64,000 nucleotides of DNA, taken from NCBI GenBank assembly GCA_050084515.1, contig CM114271.1:43524001-43588000 (forward strand), read 5' to 3'. This DNA comes from Blasia pusilla (taxonomy: Eukaryota). The first letter of the stretch is position 1; each line of letters starts with the position of its first letter. Shown here piece after piece: positions 11,400 to 25,890 of this stretch. The translations under genes and the position numbers were made by a program. Below the pieces are notes generated by a model. It did not search any database and had not been told where the DNA came from. It saw nothing but the letters and a program-made list of their open reading frames with translations.

Positions 11400-14100
11400 A
11401 AGAGAAATGGTTTTGTGAGTGGGATTTTAGGACTCTTACCTTAATCTTTTGAGTTTTCAATTGAGAAACATAGTATGATAGAATATTGTGTTTCATCATA
11501 TCCTTGTTGTTCATATTTCCTTGCCTGACTTGCGTTGGTATACTAGACCAACACTGATCCCTGTCAACACTCCAACTTGTAAATTATTGTAAATACCATG
11601 TGTTAGTTATCTGGTAGTTGTCTTGCTCAATAGCGAAGTTGTCATTTGCATCTGGTCTTGCAACCAGAGCCCCGATTTGGATTTTCTATCGGCTTATAAG
11701 CTTATTGTATCAGTCTGTATTGACATGTATTGAGCTTATAAGATACAATTGAGGCTCCATGCTAGGGCATCTCTGTAGGGTAGTTTTTGGTGAATACCAC
11801 CATGTAAGTAGAACCAAGAGAGAAATATAAATTTTTTGTTTTGGAATCGCATAACGCTCCAAGGGTCAAACTATGCTAAATTTTAGCTCGCCGTTGATGT
11901 TTCAGGAGAGTAAAAATTTTGGGAAAGAAAACACTCTTAATTGTATCTTGTGGCATTGTCTGCATAGTCCCTTCTAGTAGAGGATTCTGATCCATTCACA
12001 TGAACTTGTGTATCTCTGTCTCTAAAACTTTGTGGGGTACAAATGACTCTTGCGTAATTCTCATCATAATTATGATTCATCCTTCGCTGGTTAGGTGCCT
12101 TGCTCTCCTGATTGGCATTCTTAGGTTACAATTCTCAGAAAGCACATCTTGAGTGGGATTCCCTATCATAACATCATGGTACACGAAGGAATTTAGCATC
12201 CCATATTCTCACTCAATCTCTCCTTGACATCTATACAGATAGTTGAGCTTTGACCTCTTCCAATTGACTGTCTAATACAAACCCCCATTGGTTACAACCA
12301 GAAAAATGTCTTCCATTTAAGGATACATGTTAATGGATTCCTATGATTTGGTTTTCATCTACACTAGCAAAGGCTCCAACATATTTGTAGTTTAAACTCC
12401 TCTTTCACACTCAAAGCAGAAAGTTTGTGGTGCTCTCTATTTTTTAGTTAGACAAAGCTAATGCTGATGTTAAGTGCATTCGATAGATTTCCTTCATGAA
12501 TAGGAGCTATTTGTCTATTGAAATCCTTGTCTCTATCATATTTTTCATTTCAAAAATGCTTAATGGTCCTCTTCCAATGTTGACTTTGCAGAGATATTAC
12601 TATCAGGTTTCATTTTCTCTCCTTTTACTAACGGACTTCTAGCAAGTAAGAACAATTTTCTATCTGTCCTCTCTTAAGTTTCACTTTTTTCACTCAGATT
12701 GGTAGGATTTCACTTATGATAGGATCTTATCAACCATTTCTTATCAAAAGGATGATAGGAAGTGGTTGTATCATACTTATCATATAGGCAAGCCCACAAT
12801 TCTTGAGATATACCAAGATATTTTGTTAAAGCCAGAGGTTCTCCTATCAAATGTAAGCTAATTAGAGAATGGCTAAGGCTCTGATTTTCTATTTTCTTTT
12901 TTTTTTGGATAATGTGTTGTTTAAAGTCCATTGATGGGCATATCCTTGAGTTGCACGGGAACTCTCTGAGAACTCTATTCATTGTGTAGTGCTATATTGC
13001 TCATAAGAATGTGGTTCAAAGTTAGGGTTCTTACAATTGTCTTAGAATTGAGATGGTAAAAAACTTTATTACATAACTATATGTTTAGTTGTACTTGTGT
13101 AAAATACTATTTCTTAGATGTTGATGGTTATGCCTTGTGAACTCTGTGGATGCCAAATATCTTACAACAAAATGTGGTGGTAAAAGCAAATTTAAAGAAG
13201 ATGTGTATATTTCTGATTGTATATGTATCACAGAATAGGAACTGGTTGTATCATACTCACCAGTGCTCTGACACTTTGTATCTTGAGTATAAATTGCGTT
13301 TGTCATGTGCTCGAGTGTCTGCCTCCAACTAGTTATCATTTGCCCGCTAGATAGAAGACTTTCCCCCAGTAGATCCTGAACCATATGATATAAGTATTTG
13401 AGTCTTCTGCAAGATCTACTTCAATATCCTCATCAGTAAGTGGAGAGATATTCTCCAGGCCTTATGTGTCCACTTTTAGAACTTTCTTTCCTCGAAAACC
13501 CTGCTGACCGTATGATCTTGGTCTTGAGTCCCATTCACAAATTGTAGTCTCTTGCCACCCTTATCATTTATGTTCAATTTCAAAAAGTTAATTCTTTCTC
13601 CAAACCTCATTTTCAAATCAAAGCTTTTGTTGACATGACTTCTGTGTTTTGAAACATGGGACTCTTTGTATTGTCTTGGGGTTTGTCCATGAGTTCTCCG
13701 GAGCTCTGTGTAGTTTGGCTCTCTTCCTATTCACTTTATTTGTTTGTGCATCAAGGCTTTGGTCTTCTAAGGATTGCTCGACTCTTTCTGAATACCTTAA
13801 ATGTCTTAGGTCTGTACTGGCCATGGTCAAGGTGCTACTCAAAGGTATCCCTGTAGATGATGTACTCTCAAGAACATCAGGAACGACTTCTGTCTGTTGG
13901 AAAGGCTTCTTTCCTAAACCCTAAACCCTCTTCCTTTCTAATGTGCGAGATCTAGTACATTCCCTTTGCCACAACTTGTAGTCATGAGCTTGGATTCTAT
14001 GGGGATTGCTCAAATCCAATCAAACATGATCAGAACTTGGTGGTACCATAGCCCCTACGTCAAGTTAATAAGAACATGAGAAAATACATGTAGGAGGAAA
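11400..14100 (-). mobile_element. Highly degenerate retrotransposon-like (gag-region) remnant
   Basis: Broken coding-like composition on the minus strand and a decayed CFEC..C knuckle-like stretch near 12390-12430. No diagnostic RT or integrase motif seen. Confidence 0.25.
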
Positions 14101-15589
14101 ATTTTGGACAAGAATTTTTCTCTACAACCAAGCTATTCCATGAATATAGACAAAAGAGGATCTGTCAAGTAGGCCCCTACTAGCTTGAAATAAAAAAGCA
14201 ATCTAAGCTGAGATTTAAAAGTACCTTGTTAAATCAAAATGGACACTTGTGTTCTCCAAGCGGCTAACCGTACCCTTGCCTCCTCCCAAGGAAACCTGTG
14301 TCAAACCCAAGAGCTGCTTTTAGGAGCTACCATCAACCGTCAAGAGGAAGAAAACACAATATAGTTTGTTTGCTAGTTCAGACCCTTCCGATCATACACC
14401 TTTTTACATTTAATGTTCCAAATGTTAATATCATTTACCAAAATTTTTAAATATACCATGCATGCATCAAGCTTACATTGTGAATTTTACCAATCTCCTT
14501 GTTTAAGCCAATGAAATTCTTAGAATAAACATGGTCAACATCTGCATTCACAAAATTTACTTGGTATTTTTTCAAACTGAATTCTTGAAGTTCTCATATA
14601 TCCCCTCTATTTTCTCACTTATCCTATAAATATTAACTGTAAGTGAGGGAACTCATATACTTGGCCTTATTTTCATTTGTTGTGAAACAATGAGTTGTGA
14701 TCTTACTCAAGGCTGATATTTATTGTTGTTTAGTGACCAAAAATTCAATGAGTAGAAAGTCACACTGAAGTGTTGATGCTTTCTTCATCTCCCTCAATCA
14801 CTGAACATATTGGGCATGCTTTCTCATGTAGTTTGAAAGGCAGATCTTCTAGTAATGCAAATACTTTCACATGGCAAGAATAATGAGTGCTACATACATA
14901 ATAATTGTATCCTTACAATTTAAGTAAGACCTCCCATTCCAAAAATTATTTACAATTATTATCCGATTGTTGCCGTAGGTTCCTCCCTGTATGTCAAAAT
15001 TGCCACAACTTCTCCGTAATTCAAAAATCAAAGTTTCCTTTAGCCCTAACCTACCATGCAGCTCTCCTCAAACGCCACCAAATAGGGCCGCAAAAAAAAT
15101 GACTACAAAAAGGACAAATACTACCACTCAAGTTCTCATGGCGGAAGCCACTGGCCCATAGATCCTCTCACCATGAAGTCTCCCCATTCTCACAGAAGAG
15201 TACTCGAATCTAATACTACATGGTCTGCCAGAGTAAGCAATGGCTACACAAATGAGTGTTGATGCCTTCCTCAAAGTAGGAGAAGAATCCTCGCCAACAA
15301 CATAACCATTAACATCATAGAAAATGTGAAAGGTAAGAATTTTGGTGACCCCCATGATCAACCAATAGATGATCGCATAGCGATCCTCGTGTCGACAAAA
15401 AAAATCAGAGAAGGTGACATACAAATGGCGCGCTTCAGTATGAAAATGCCAGTTCTCAACACGTTCATGCCAATACCAATACCAATACCAATAGTGGCGA
15501 GCATGAAGTCCACATATGATCACTTCAAGTTCTCGCATCCCTAAAAGTAGGGAGGAGGAGTGGGACTCCTTGGACGCGGAGTGGCTCAT

Positions 15590-18500
15590 GAGTGAGGAGA
15601 ACCATGACAGAAGGGAGCGTGAGCTTATCATGCAATCCAAGTGCGTGCAAGAATTACCTTAACAATGCAACCTTGGATACCGACATTGATGTCCATAAGA
15701 TGCTCGATGACTTATTTAGACAATATGATCAACTCCATGACAAAGATGGCACAATCGATGAAGGTGGTAGAGAGGATGTAAACCACCCCAATGAAAGCAA
15801 AGATCCAAAATCTCCTCAGATTTTAATGAGCTTGCTGCAGCATGCAAGCCCCTCTTCCCAGAAGCAAAGACTTCCTTACTTGGTTTTATTATGCTCTCTG
15901 AGAAAACAAAAAGTGACGAAATCACTGAAATCTTTACAAAACTTAGAGATACAAAGTGGCCTAGTTCGTCCGTGCGCTCACAGAAGAGCTTCGATGGAAC
16001 ATAAACACAAAGATAACTCAATATACGAGAATGCGCTATCGCTGTGGCTCCCGACTATTTCACTACTTGGGAAACTAGGGTTTTTACTTAATTTTCTTCG
16101 TTTCTATTAATAGAAAATTTTTCCGCGCGTCGTCTTGGCATACCAGGGGCTACTTGGTCCCTTACCCCCCGATTCCCACGACGCATCAGGGTGCCCCGCA
16201 CCCTGATGCAATATAGGGTTAGATAATCCTAATAACGATACTCTTGAAACCACCTACGTCATATTACTATGATTCCTTCGACGTCTAAGTCGGAACCATC
16301 AATCTAAGCTTCTCCTCATACAAGGGGGCCGATTAGATTAATGGTGCTCAGAGAAGTGGATGTTGAGAATCCAACATGCTCATCTTCAATATTGGTGCTA
16401 CCCATGGGGTACCCAATATTGCAATCGACAAGATTTTTTAACTTTTACATAAGATGGTATTCCCATCGGATAATCATGTCCCACTATCATACTATGCGGC
16501 CAAAAAACTTATCAGCAAGCTTGGAATGAGTTACAACTCTATCCATGCATGTCCTAAAGGTTGTGTCCTTTTTCATGGGGACTTGGCTGATAATGATGAG
16601 TGTTATAAGTGTGGAAATTCTAGGTTCAAGCAAGTCACGAGATCCTTAGTACCAAACAAGGTCTTGAGACATTTCCCTATAATCCCTAGGATGTAGCATA
16701 TGTATAGATGTCGAGCTTTTTTGAAGTTGTTGAATTGGGCTTCTGGAAACAAGAGCAAGGATGGTATGGTTAGACATGCAGGGGATAGTAAGGTCTAGTA
16801 TCATATAGATCATTTATACCCTGATTTTTTTGTGGAGAGAAGGATTTGTAGGTTTGGTTTAGCCCTTGATGGGATGAATCCATATTCTGACAAGACAAGC
16901 TCTTGGTCGACCTGGCCGGTCTTATTGGTGAACTACAATTTTCCACCTTGGCTTCAAACCAAAAAGTTCTTTGTGATTTTGGCTCTTATTATGCCCAGTA
17001 AGGAGAATGTCAATGGAGAGAACATTAACACTTACTTGGCCACCTTGGCGGATGAATTACATGAGTTGTGGAATGGAGTAGAATTCCATGATGTGCGTAG
17101 ACCGCATGGATCCTCAAGCTTTTTGTTTAGAGCCATGATCTTGTGGACGATAAATGATTATCCATCATATGGCACAATCTCAGGGAAAAGCCATGGTGGG
17201 AAACTTGCGTGTACAATATGTGGTCCTTATGTAAATTCGGATTTCTCCAAACAATGTGGGAAGCCTATTTTTGGTTGTCATCGTAGACACCTTCCCCCTG
17301 ATCATGTGTGGAGAGGAGAAGCCTTTGGCTCCCACTTCAATGGAAAGGGTGAGTCTAGGGATGCACCTCCAAGGATTACTATAGACAAAATTCTTAGATG
17401 GGCAAAGGAAAAAATATATATGATGAGGGTGGAGGTCGAGAGGATGGTCTAAGTGATCCCTACAAAAGGACAGGGGTGAAAAGAAGGTCTCTATTGTACG
17501 ATTTGCCGTATTGGAGAGTATCCATACCAATTTGATTTGATTTTACTCGTGCTTGTGATATATTTTGCGGCAAGTTTTTCTTTATTTTTTATGAACATAG
17601 ATTTCCTTGACTTGATGGTAGCATCTTTTGATACGACATACCCTAGATGTTATGCACGTGGAGGAAAATATTGCAGAGAATCTAATGAAGAGCTTGATAG
17701 GGATAAAGGATATTGTGAAGGTTAGAAGAGATATGGAAGCTCGTGGAATAAGACCTCACTTATGGTTACAACCCCATCCAAGTAGACCTCAAGGCTTAGT
17801 GAAACCTCAATGTAATTATGTTTTATCACCTCAAGAGTTGATCATGTTCTTATCTAGGATTTAGTCCTTGAATGTGCCCACAAGATATAGTGGTGAGCTA
17901 AGAAAGAATGTGGTTAAAAGGAATCTAGGTAACATGAAGTCACATGATTATCATGTGCTCATTCACCAAATCCTTCGTTTTTCTCTTCATGGCCTAATGA
18001 AAGCTTCTGTTTGTTCAAAAATCATGGGCTTGAGTAATATTTTCATGTTATTGTATTGTAAAGTGTATAATCCTACACATTACGAACAACTACACAAGGA
18101 AACAACGACAACATTATGTCTCTTGGAGATGCATTTCCCACCTTCCTTTTTTGATGTGATGACACATCTTTTGATCCATGTAAATGAAGAATTGGACATA
18201 TGTGGGCCTTTAGCTTGCCGATGGATATAGCCCATGGAGAGATACATGGGTGTGTTGAAGAAATACGTGAGATCAAGAGCTTGGCCCGAGGGTTGCATGG
18301 TTGGGGGGTATATTAAAGACGAGGCATTGGGATTTGTGACTGAGTATATGAGGAGATTTGAGGGTGTAAGGACTTGAATTTGGGATGAGGGTGAAGAAGA
18401 AGGAGTGGCGGGCGAGGAGCTAGAAGGTGCAAGAGTGCAAGTACGACTTTCAAGAGATCTGATTATCTTGGCACACCACTATGTTTTACACAATACTAAG

Positions 18501-19443
18501 TCTATGGTTGCATGGCACACGTATTATTTAATTATCTAAGTTCTCAATTTGTAGAGTGGGTTTTAAGCATCATTGAACCCTGTCTATTTTAGAAAATCTG
18601 ACGGATCACCTTGTCCACTCGTCCCATAATGTTCTTTCTGCCAAGAAATATAAATCAGAGAGGGCATCAATTCCTTTTGAAGAGTGGATCAAACCAGCTA
18701 TCCTCCAAGATGCTAGGGAAAATAATGGGAAGGTGGATGAAGAGGCATTGGCCTTATCAATTCCTCCTCAATCAAAAGTACTCTCTTACAAGTCTATGAA
18801 GGCTTTTGGCAACCACTTTAGGATAGAGGGAGAGGGTGGATCTAATGCATACTCTACTTATGATAGTGGAATTGGAGCAATATTTGTGGATGAGAAGAAT
18901 GACTCCCACAATAGTGCTTATTCATACTTAGGAGTTCTTGTCAATATTATTGCACTTGATTATGAGATCGTAGACCAGCCTATCATCTTAATGAGAGGAA
19001 GATAGGTAAGGGCATATTGGGAGTCACGTACGCCATCCATGAAGTGAGACCGTGAAGGCTTCTTACTTGTCAATCTTAGATATTGTGAGTCTTTGAATCA
19101 CCAACCCTTTGTTTTTCCATCTCAAGTGGAACAAGTATTTTTTGGAGATGCTAACAAGGGGAGTGGATGGAAGGTAGTATTGAGGAAAGAAGCTATATCT
19201 CACGGAGTTATTTATGATATCTACAATGGGGGGAATCTTGATGAGGGACATTCTATTGGTGTTGATCAAGATTCTGAAACATTGCCCCATAGGATGCCAC
19301 CGGTGAATACAGTCGATGCCATAGAGTTGACCGCTGAAGAATTAGTGACAGCACATAGAGATGTCAACAATGTTTCCATTATTCATGTGTCCACGGATGA
19401 TGTTTGTGAAGATGACACATGTGAATTGGATGTAGATATATAA
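15590..19443 (+). pseudogene. CACTA TnpD-type transposase (Transposase_21, DUF4218, DUF4216), disrupted
   Basis: ACKPLFP..SLLGFIML, IHACPKGCVLF, KVLRHFPIIPR, LALDGMNPY, WPVLLVNYNFPPW, WTINDYPSYG, HTLDVMHVEENI, KSHDYHVL, FPPSFFDVMTHL, PMERYMGVLK and QPFVFPSQVEQVFF. Several stops and an LTR insertion. Confidence 0.93.
15897..16376 (-). mobile_element. 480-bp solo-LTR-like insertion inside TnpD
   Basis: 5-bp TSD TGCTC at 15892-15896 and 16377-16381. Removing the insert restores GFIML-IFNIGATHGVPN. Ends read TCTGAG...CCAACA, and the last 98 bp recur at 20140-20237. Confidence 0.8.
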
Positions 19444-19497
19444 CATTTCTATACTAAAGGTAATGCAGGTTGATTGTAGAGTTCCTACATGTCTTAT

Positions 19498-20237
19498 TGT
19501 AAGTGGTGAGTGAGAGGCAGAGGTTGTGATAGGAGTTATAGAGGTCTTGCCTGAGATGTATGTTTCAGCATGTAAGCATTCATCATTCCTTCCTTGATTG
19601 AGCTCCTTGACAACATTTCTCAACAGAAACTTTGTGAATGGAGGGAGGTACCCAACACAATAGTACCATAGCAAAATAGTTTAGTGATCGAGAAAATCTT
19701 GAGGCCATTCTTGCGTCTCAAGGCTTACGGGATACAAGGGGTAACATGCCTGATGGGAATAAGCATCAAGTATGGATAGTGAAGTGGAAACGTCAAGGGA
19801 GCAAGAGTGAAATTTTTGTGCTTCGTATGGCTTCATATGATGATGTGCATGATGTTGATTGGTAACCTTATCCATTCACGAAAGAGGATCAAGTATGTCA
19901 TGAGGACATAGTTAACTCCAAAGTGTGCAAGCCTCAAGTATGAGGAGATTAATGGTGCTGAGAGAAGTGGATGTTGAGAATCTCACACCCCCCTTCAATA
20001 TCCACTCTCATGTGGACTGCTATCTTGGACCAATGCCAAGACCCTTCAGATGTCGATGAAGTTTATCTCCGCTCAAAGATTTCGTGAAGATGTCTGCATG
20101 GTTATCCTCTGTTGGACAATAGACTAACTTCAAAACTTTTGACATCTAAGTCGGAACCATCAATCTAGGCTTCTCCTCATACAAGGGGGCCGATCAAATT
20201 AATGGTGCTCGGAGAAGTGGATGTTGAGAATCCAACA
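19498..20237 (-). mobile_element. Internally deleted Ty1/copia element: LTR start, RNase H end, PPT and 3' LTR
   Basis: Minus strand 20137-20030 encodes VLKLVYCPTEDNHADIFTKSLSG (copia RNase H ADIFTK motif). The PPT GAAGGGGGG precedes TGTGAG at 19987. Imperfect TSD CTTAT/ATTAT; left boundary uncertain (~19475-19498). Confidence 0.8.
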
Positions 20238-20239
20238 AT

Positions 20240-23200
20240 TATGTGGTGGTTATGATTTGAGTACAGAGGGGCAAGGAAGATCCAGAGGTATTCAAAAAGA
20301 GGCAACACATATGTCTCCAGAGAGAGAGCCATTACCTCCATGTATAGCGAGGGAGGCTGAAAATGAGAGTAATTACCACTTTAGTGATAAAAAATATTCC
20401 ACTAGCAATGATGATCAAGTTTGAAGAAACTCCATCTACTGTTGGAGTTGAGAGCCTCGTCCTCATGGTTAAGGACCTCGATGTTGATTTCTCAATTGAC
20501 CAGGAACGTGCACGGAAGATAAGGGAAAAAAAGAAGAAAAAAAAGCATTCTTACTTGGTGATATTCTTGCAGAGTAAGGAGTTCTCCTATTTGCATAATG
20601 TACATTATCTTAATTTCATTTCTATCATGATGGTTTTTCTGCTGTGTACTTCATGTGTATGTAGAAAACAATAGAAAGATTTGATTACTTGTAGATGATT
20701 AGTGGTGAAATGCTTGTTTGGAAAGCTAGGCTCAAACCAGCAAAGGCAACCAAGAAAACCTTCCTTTCTAGAGTAGTAGTGGCAGAGGGTATTGAAGTGC
20801 GACGAAGTTCAAGGTTGAGATCAAAGGAGAGCTTACCTAATATGATTGAAAGCACAAAGGATAATACTGTGAGAGATCCTCATTATATGCCACCTCCACA
20901 TATGGATTTCCAATCTGATGATGATGAGGGCACGCCTTATCGTTCTTTTGAGAACAAGGACTTTGGACCGACAACCCATCCCAAACAGGTTGAGAGGGTA
21001 ACTACTTTAAATTTTCTACTTCCTTTTTTATGATTGAAGATAGGATTCCTCCAATCATGGTGATGAATAGAATGTCTATGTGTTATACAAAGCACTAACA
21101 CTTACTATATTTTGACAAACTTCAGATTTTGGAGGACGAGAAGCCTTGGATTCTCAAGAAAATTCTGAACCCCTAGAGCCATGTTCGTGTGTGAGGCCGC
21201 AAATGGGTTGGCACAATCCTATGTGCCCTAATCCCACATGGTCAGAAAATGCGAGTTGTTGGAATAGCCATGGGGGGATGGGGTGGTATCCTTCTGATTG
21301 TCAGCCATCAATGATCAATCGTTCACAAGATGGATCATACAATATGCCATAATCCCCTTCCTCAGCCCCACCTCCACCACCATGGGGTCAACAAACTCCT
21401 CCAACGAGCTTGACTGTTCAACAGCAATGGGTCGATGGCATGAATTGGTCACAACCCCCAATAGAAGATCACCAATGGGCTCCTACTACTCAGCCTTCCC
21501 AATCGATGGGCGCTTAACAACATTGGCCTACGAACCAACCTGGCCCACCATGGGCACGGCCAAGTGTATGCTCTTATTGATCCCCAACCATATGAAATGT
21601 TTAAGTAGATGGTATGAGTTCTTATAAAGAATGTGAGGATGGCAGACACTTTGTTATGCAAAGTACTTGTTGGGAGTTATTTGGTCGATTTTCTCCACTT
21701 GGTATTTACTTCCAAATTTATAACACTTGTTGCTTGTTCCCATCTTGTTCCAAGATGGAGTTCCATGCCCTCCTCCCCCCTCATATCCAGCTGCTGGAGA
21801 AGGTTCTGACTCCACATTTTTTTATGGGCCATTTGATTTTTTGGGACAAGTGTACATTCGCAACAAGGTGACAGTAAGTCTTTCATGGCCCCTAATCCTT
21901 CCAATCCCACAAATCAACGTGGGGGTCCACATGTAGTGATCTCCTAGGGTTGGCATGACTGCCAACTTTGAATATTCAAAAGGCTATCATCAAAGATTTT
22001 GGTCAAATGCATTTGTCTGTTGGAACATCTCAAGTGTAAATGTTGGGTTTTCTTGTAATATATGTGCAGGTGATCGGGCAAGTGCAAGGAGAAGTAGAAC
22101 CAAGAGAGACTTGTGAACCCCTGATGTGGCCCAACGCAAGGAACAAAACTTACTGCCTAGATGCGAGTTTTTGCCCACGGAGGTTCCAAAGACGAAAATG
22201 CCCGGTTATGAACCGTGGTTGAATGACCTAAAGATATGGACCATGCGTTATCTTCACTTAACATGTGTCCAGATGAGTAGGCAAGACGCTACTAGTGTGG
22301 AAACAATTCGTTATCATGTTGAGAGTGCCTACACCTATGTTGGTGCACCATTTTTGTGCTTGGATTTCTTGAAGAAGAAATGTGTGCAACTATTGAAAAT
22401 TGAACGGTCCATCATGAAACATACTGGGTGGCTAATGGGAAAAATGCAGAAGTCCCGTGCCACCCTGATGCAAATGAAGAAGTGTGGGCACGTTTGGTAG
22501 ATTATTGGCTTTCAGAAGAGGGTATGTTGAAGGCTGAAAAGATGGTGAATGCAAGATCTAAGGTTGTCACTTTAAATCACAGTGGCCGGGGAGGTTTAGA
22601 GGGGTTCTCTATAACTTCTCTTTAGCAACCTTGTGTCTTCTAAATCCTTTTCTTATTTCTTCCTAAGAAGTTTTTAGTATTGATCTTTATGGCATGATTA
22701 CTAACTTTCAATTGTTTTGTGGAGTTGATGTTAGGGCCAAGGTGTATCCGCTGCACCAAGCAATGCAGGTGTCACTCAGAGTGGCATGGGAGCTAGTGCC
22801 TCTGAGGGTAGTTTAATAAGTTATTTAACCAATCTCATGTATTTCATGTGATTTCTCCATGCATGCTCTGATCAATAAGTTTGTAAATACCTTTATGATA
22901 TGTCCAAAAAATTAACTAACCTTGAAAGTTGAATAAAATAGAGGAGGGGTGTAGGAGTAGGAATGAATCCTAAAGAACACGTTGTGGAAACACCGGTAGC
23001 AAATGATAGTCATTTTAGTGGAGCCGCACAAGTGATTGATCATTCCAACTCAATGTGGGAATAACATAATCTTGCCTTATCATATTGTTTGATGAATTTA
23101 TCTTGTGTTGTTTTGGGAGTTAAAATACTGATAATGATGTGAGAACTGATCAGACTGTGCATGTACGATTTCAGTGGAATGTTGAATCAAGCATATGTAC

Positions 23201-24640
23201 TCAACTCCTGAAGGTAGAGAAGAAGTGGAGTGAAGATATGAATGTCATTAAAGGCCAACTTGAGGAGAAATTGGAGAAGAACCAATTGAAGTTGGAAGAG
23301 AAGATGGCCATGAACCAAACTCTAATTGAGGAGAAGTTGGAAAAACATGATAAACAGCAGAATGAAGCATTCTCCATGCTTGTTGAAATGATCAGCAAGC
23401 TATCAGCGAGGAAGAGAACGCAATCATGTGCATCAAGAGACCGCATTCCTGATCAAGGGGAGGGTAAGACATACATGATCACTTTCATGGATTCCTTTTG
23501 GATCGTTCAAGGTATTCTTGAATAGATGATCAGATTTCCCTTTTCCGTATATAGCAGGCCGTGTTGGCATTGAGGTAGAGAAGGTGAAAGTTGCAGAAAT
23601 TGGTGGTGGTTTTCACGAAGAGATGTTGAGACAATGAGATGGGCATGATTGACCAATGTGGAGTGGTAAGTGTTGAAGGTTGATGATGAGCTCTTTGTTG
23701 ATTGTACAGAAGTATATATATCTGAATATGGTTGTACTAAATGCATGTTCTTGCTTGTATGATAGTGAGGAAAACTTCTGAAGTGAAGGTATCTTCCCCA
23801 TCAGAAAAAATTAGAGGTTCAAACCCAGCTGGTTTGTGTCTTTCCTTTTTTAATTACATCCTGATTTTTATGATTTTTATCCAGACTAAACATTACAATC
23901 CTAGTCTTTGACACCATTAGTACAAGAATAACTCTCAAAATATGCAGATTTCATCCTTGTGGAGCACTCATCACTGAGAAAAAAAAAGGCATTCAGGAAG
24001 AGTACAAGGCAACAAAATTCATGCTACAAGCAGCGAACAAGACAACGATGTGAAATTTGGGAGCAATAAGAAACCCACGGGGAAGGTAAATTTACTTTTC
24101 TATTAAAATTTGAGGGTGCATTAGGTTCATGATAATATTTCTAGATATCCTAAGCAGTTATACTTTGGGATTATAAATGATGAAGATTTATTTATATCAG
24201 GTGGGTTTTATCAAGTTATCAAGATTTATACCTCTCCAAGGTTGGACCTTCACCAAGGTATAAGCATGTGGTTATTGCATTCTATGTTACAAGTTATTTT
24301 TCTAACTTATGGAGATTTGTGACTTGTTGTTCTAGCTTGTGTTTGCAGCTTCAAGTAGGAGATGAAGTTCACATCACAAAACCAAAGCTTAGTAGGACAA
24401 TATTGGGAAATGATGTGGTTAGGAGTTTGAGTAGACGAGATAAGTTTCATGGAAGTGATATTCCTCCGGGAATAGTGCGAGTGGAACTCAAAACTGCCCA
24501 TCTTGATTTTTTGGATCATAAGTTGTGGCAGCCAAATGAGCATGACTTGCCACCTCAATACACCTTGGGTGATGCTCTTGGGGGTTGAATTCTCTGGCCT
24601 GAAATGAACTTGAAAAAATTTGTACATTAGAGACACCCTC
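20240..24640 (+). pseudogene. CACTA second ORF (TnpA/Ptta-like), multi-exon and decayed
   Basis: Lies between TnpD and the right TIR. EEVWARLVDYWLSEEG..NARSK..NHSGRGG (22430-22600) resembles Transposase_24-type segments. Also a coiled-coil exon (~23200-23460) and a terminal exon VGDEVHI..FHG..IPPG.VRVEL. Confidence 0.6.
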
Positions 24641-25089
24641 TAGTTGTAGATGCAATTCAATTAGTAATACTTGCTGATGTTTTGTTTCACATGCAATTTT
24701 GACAACGTACCAACACTAGGAATTAGTCTATATGAAGTTATCTTTGCGATATACAATGGGCCATTTTGTAAATCATTTCTATGAATATATGCATGCCCTT
24801 GTTATTCTATCTAGTTATGTTTCTTACTTCTTGCCAATGTTTGAGATTATATGATGTCCCTGCTCACTTTCTTTCAATCTGAAACTTGTTAGTAAGAGTA
24901 TAACTAACTACTAAATAGAAGGTATTCTCTACTGGATTTTCTTTATTGTCTTTCTTAATTCAATGTTGTAAGTTTGAGACGGGGAAGGGTTTTGTAGAGG
25001 GGGCACCATATCCTACTTCAAAGCCATACTTCAAATATCTTTCCCTAATCTAGGGGAAGATAATGAGCATCAAGTAATGTAAAATTATC

Positions 25090-25890
25090 ATACATGATAT
25101 TGAGTCAAGTCATATTAAAGAATTTGAGTCATTTACAAGAGTCATATATGCTCACCTTATGTCATTTTTTCAAATGAAAGTGATCAATATGACTCAGTCA
25201 TACTATATGACAATCATCATAAGTCATTTCAGAAAAATATGAATGCTCTATATGACTCATTCATATTTTATGACTCAAGAACACAATCATTCATACAAAT
25301 CAGAAAGATCAATATGACTCAAATGATCACCATGAATACCTTTTAGGTGACCCATATGACTCAATAGATGACTCATATATTACGATTCAATCATTTTAAC
25401 AAATTTGGTGACCTTTATGACTCAATATATGACTCAGTCATGTATAATGACTCAGTCATTTAAAATCATCCAAGTGATTGATATGACTTAGAAATACATT
25501 ATACCTAAGTCATTTACACCATATGAGTGTTGGATATGACTTAATCAAAGATCATAACTAAGTCATTTTGACAAATCCGAGTGATGAATATGACATAATT
25601 TCTCATTGCCATGTGTCAACACATAATTTTTTTTCTTCAATTAATTGCTATGTTATATGCTAACATGACAATCAGAATATATGACTACATTCTGCCATAC
25701 GTAGCTTGATGACGTGTCAGTCATTGTTTATAATAACTAGCCAAAATAATGACTAGAGTTATCCCAAAATGGCTCTAGTCATGGCATGGTACATGACTAG
25801 GCTTGTTATGACTCCATGAGTCATTAGTCATTGTCAATCATTTATGGATATATATGACTACCATAAGTCATAAGAGCTAGTCATAAAAAC
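25090..25890. repeat. CACTA subterminal repeats (ATGACTCA / GAGTCAT in both orientations)
   Basis: Dozens of short TATGACT/AGTCAT motifs immediately inside the TAGTG terminus. Confidence 0.85.

Noticed and set aside
14041-14053. TGGTACCATAGCC as a tRNA-Met primer-binding site
   Set aside because: Imperfect match, with no adjacent LTR end or same-strand gag recognised.
16377-16395. Polypurine tract next to the 98-bp LTR-end repeat
   Set aside because: The sequence is the TSD plus resumed TnpD coding sequence (ML-IFNIGATHG).
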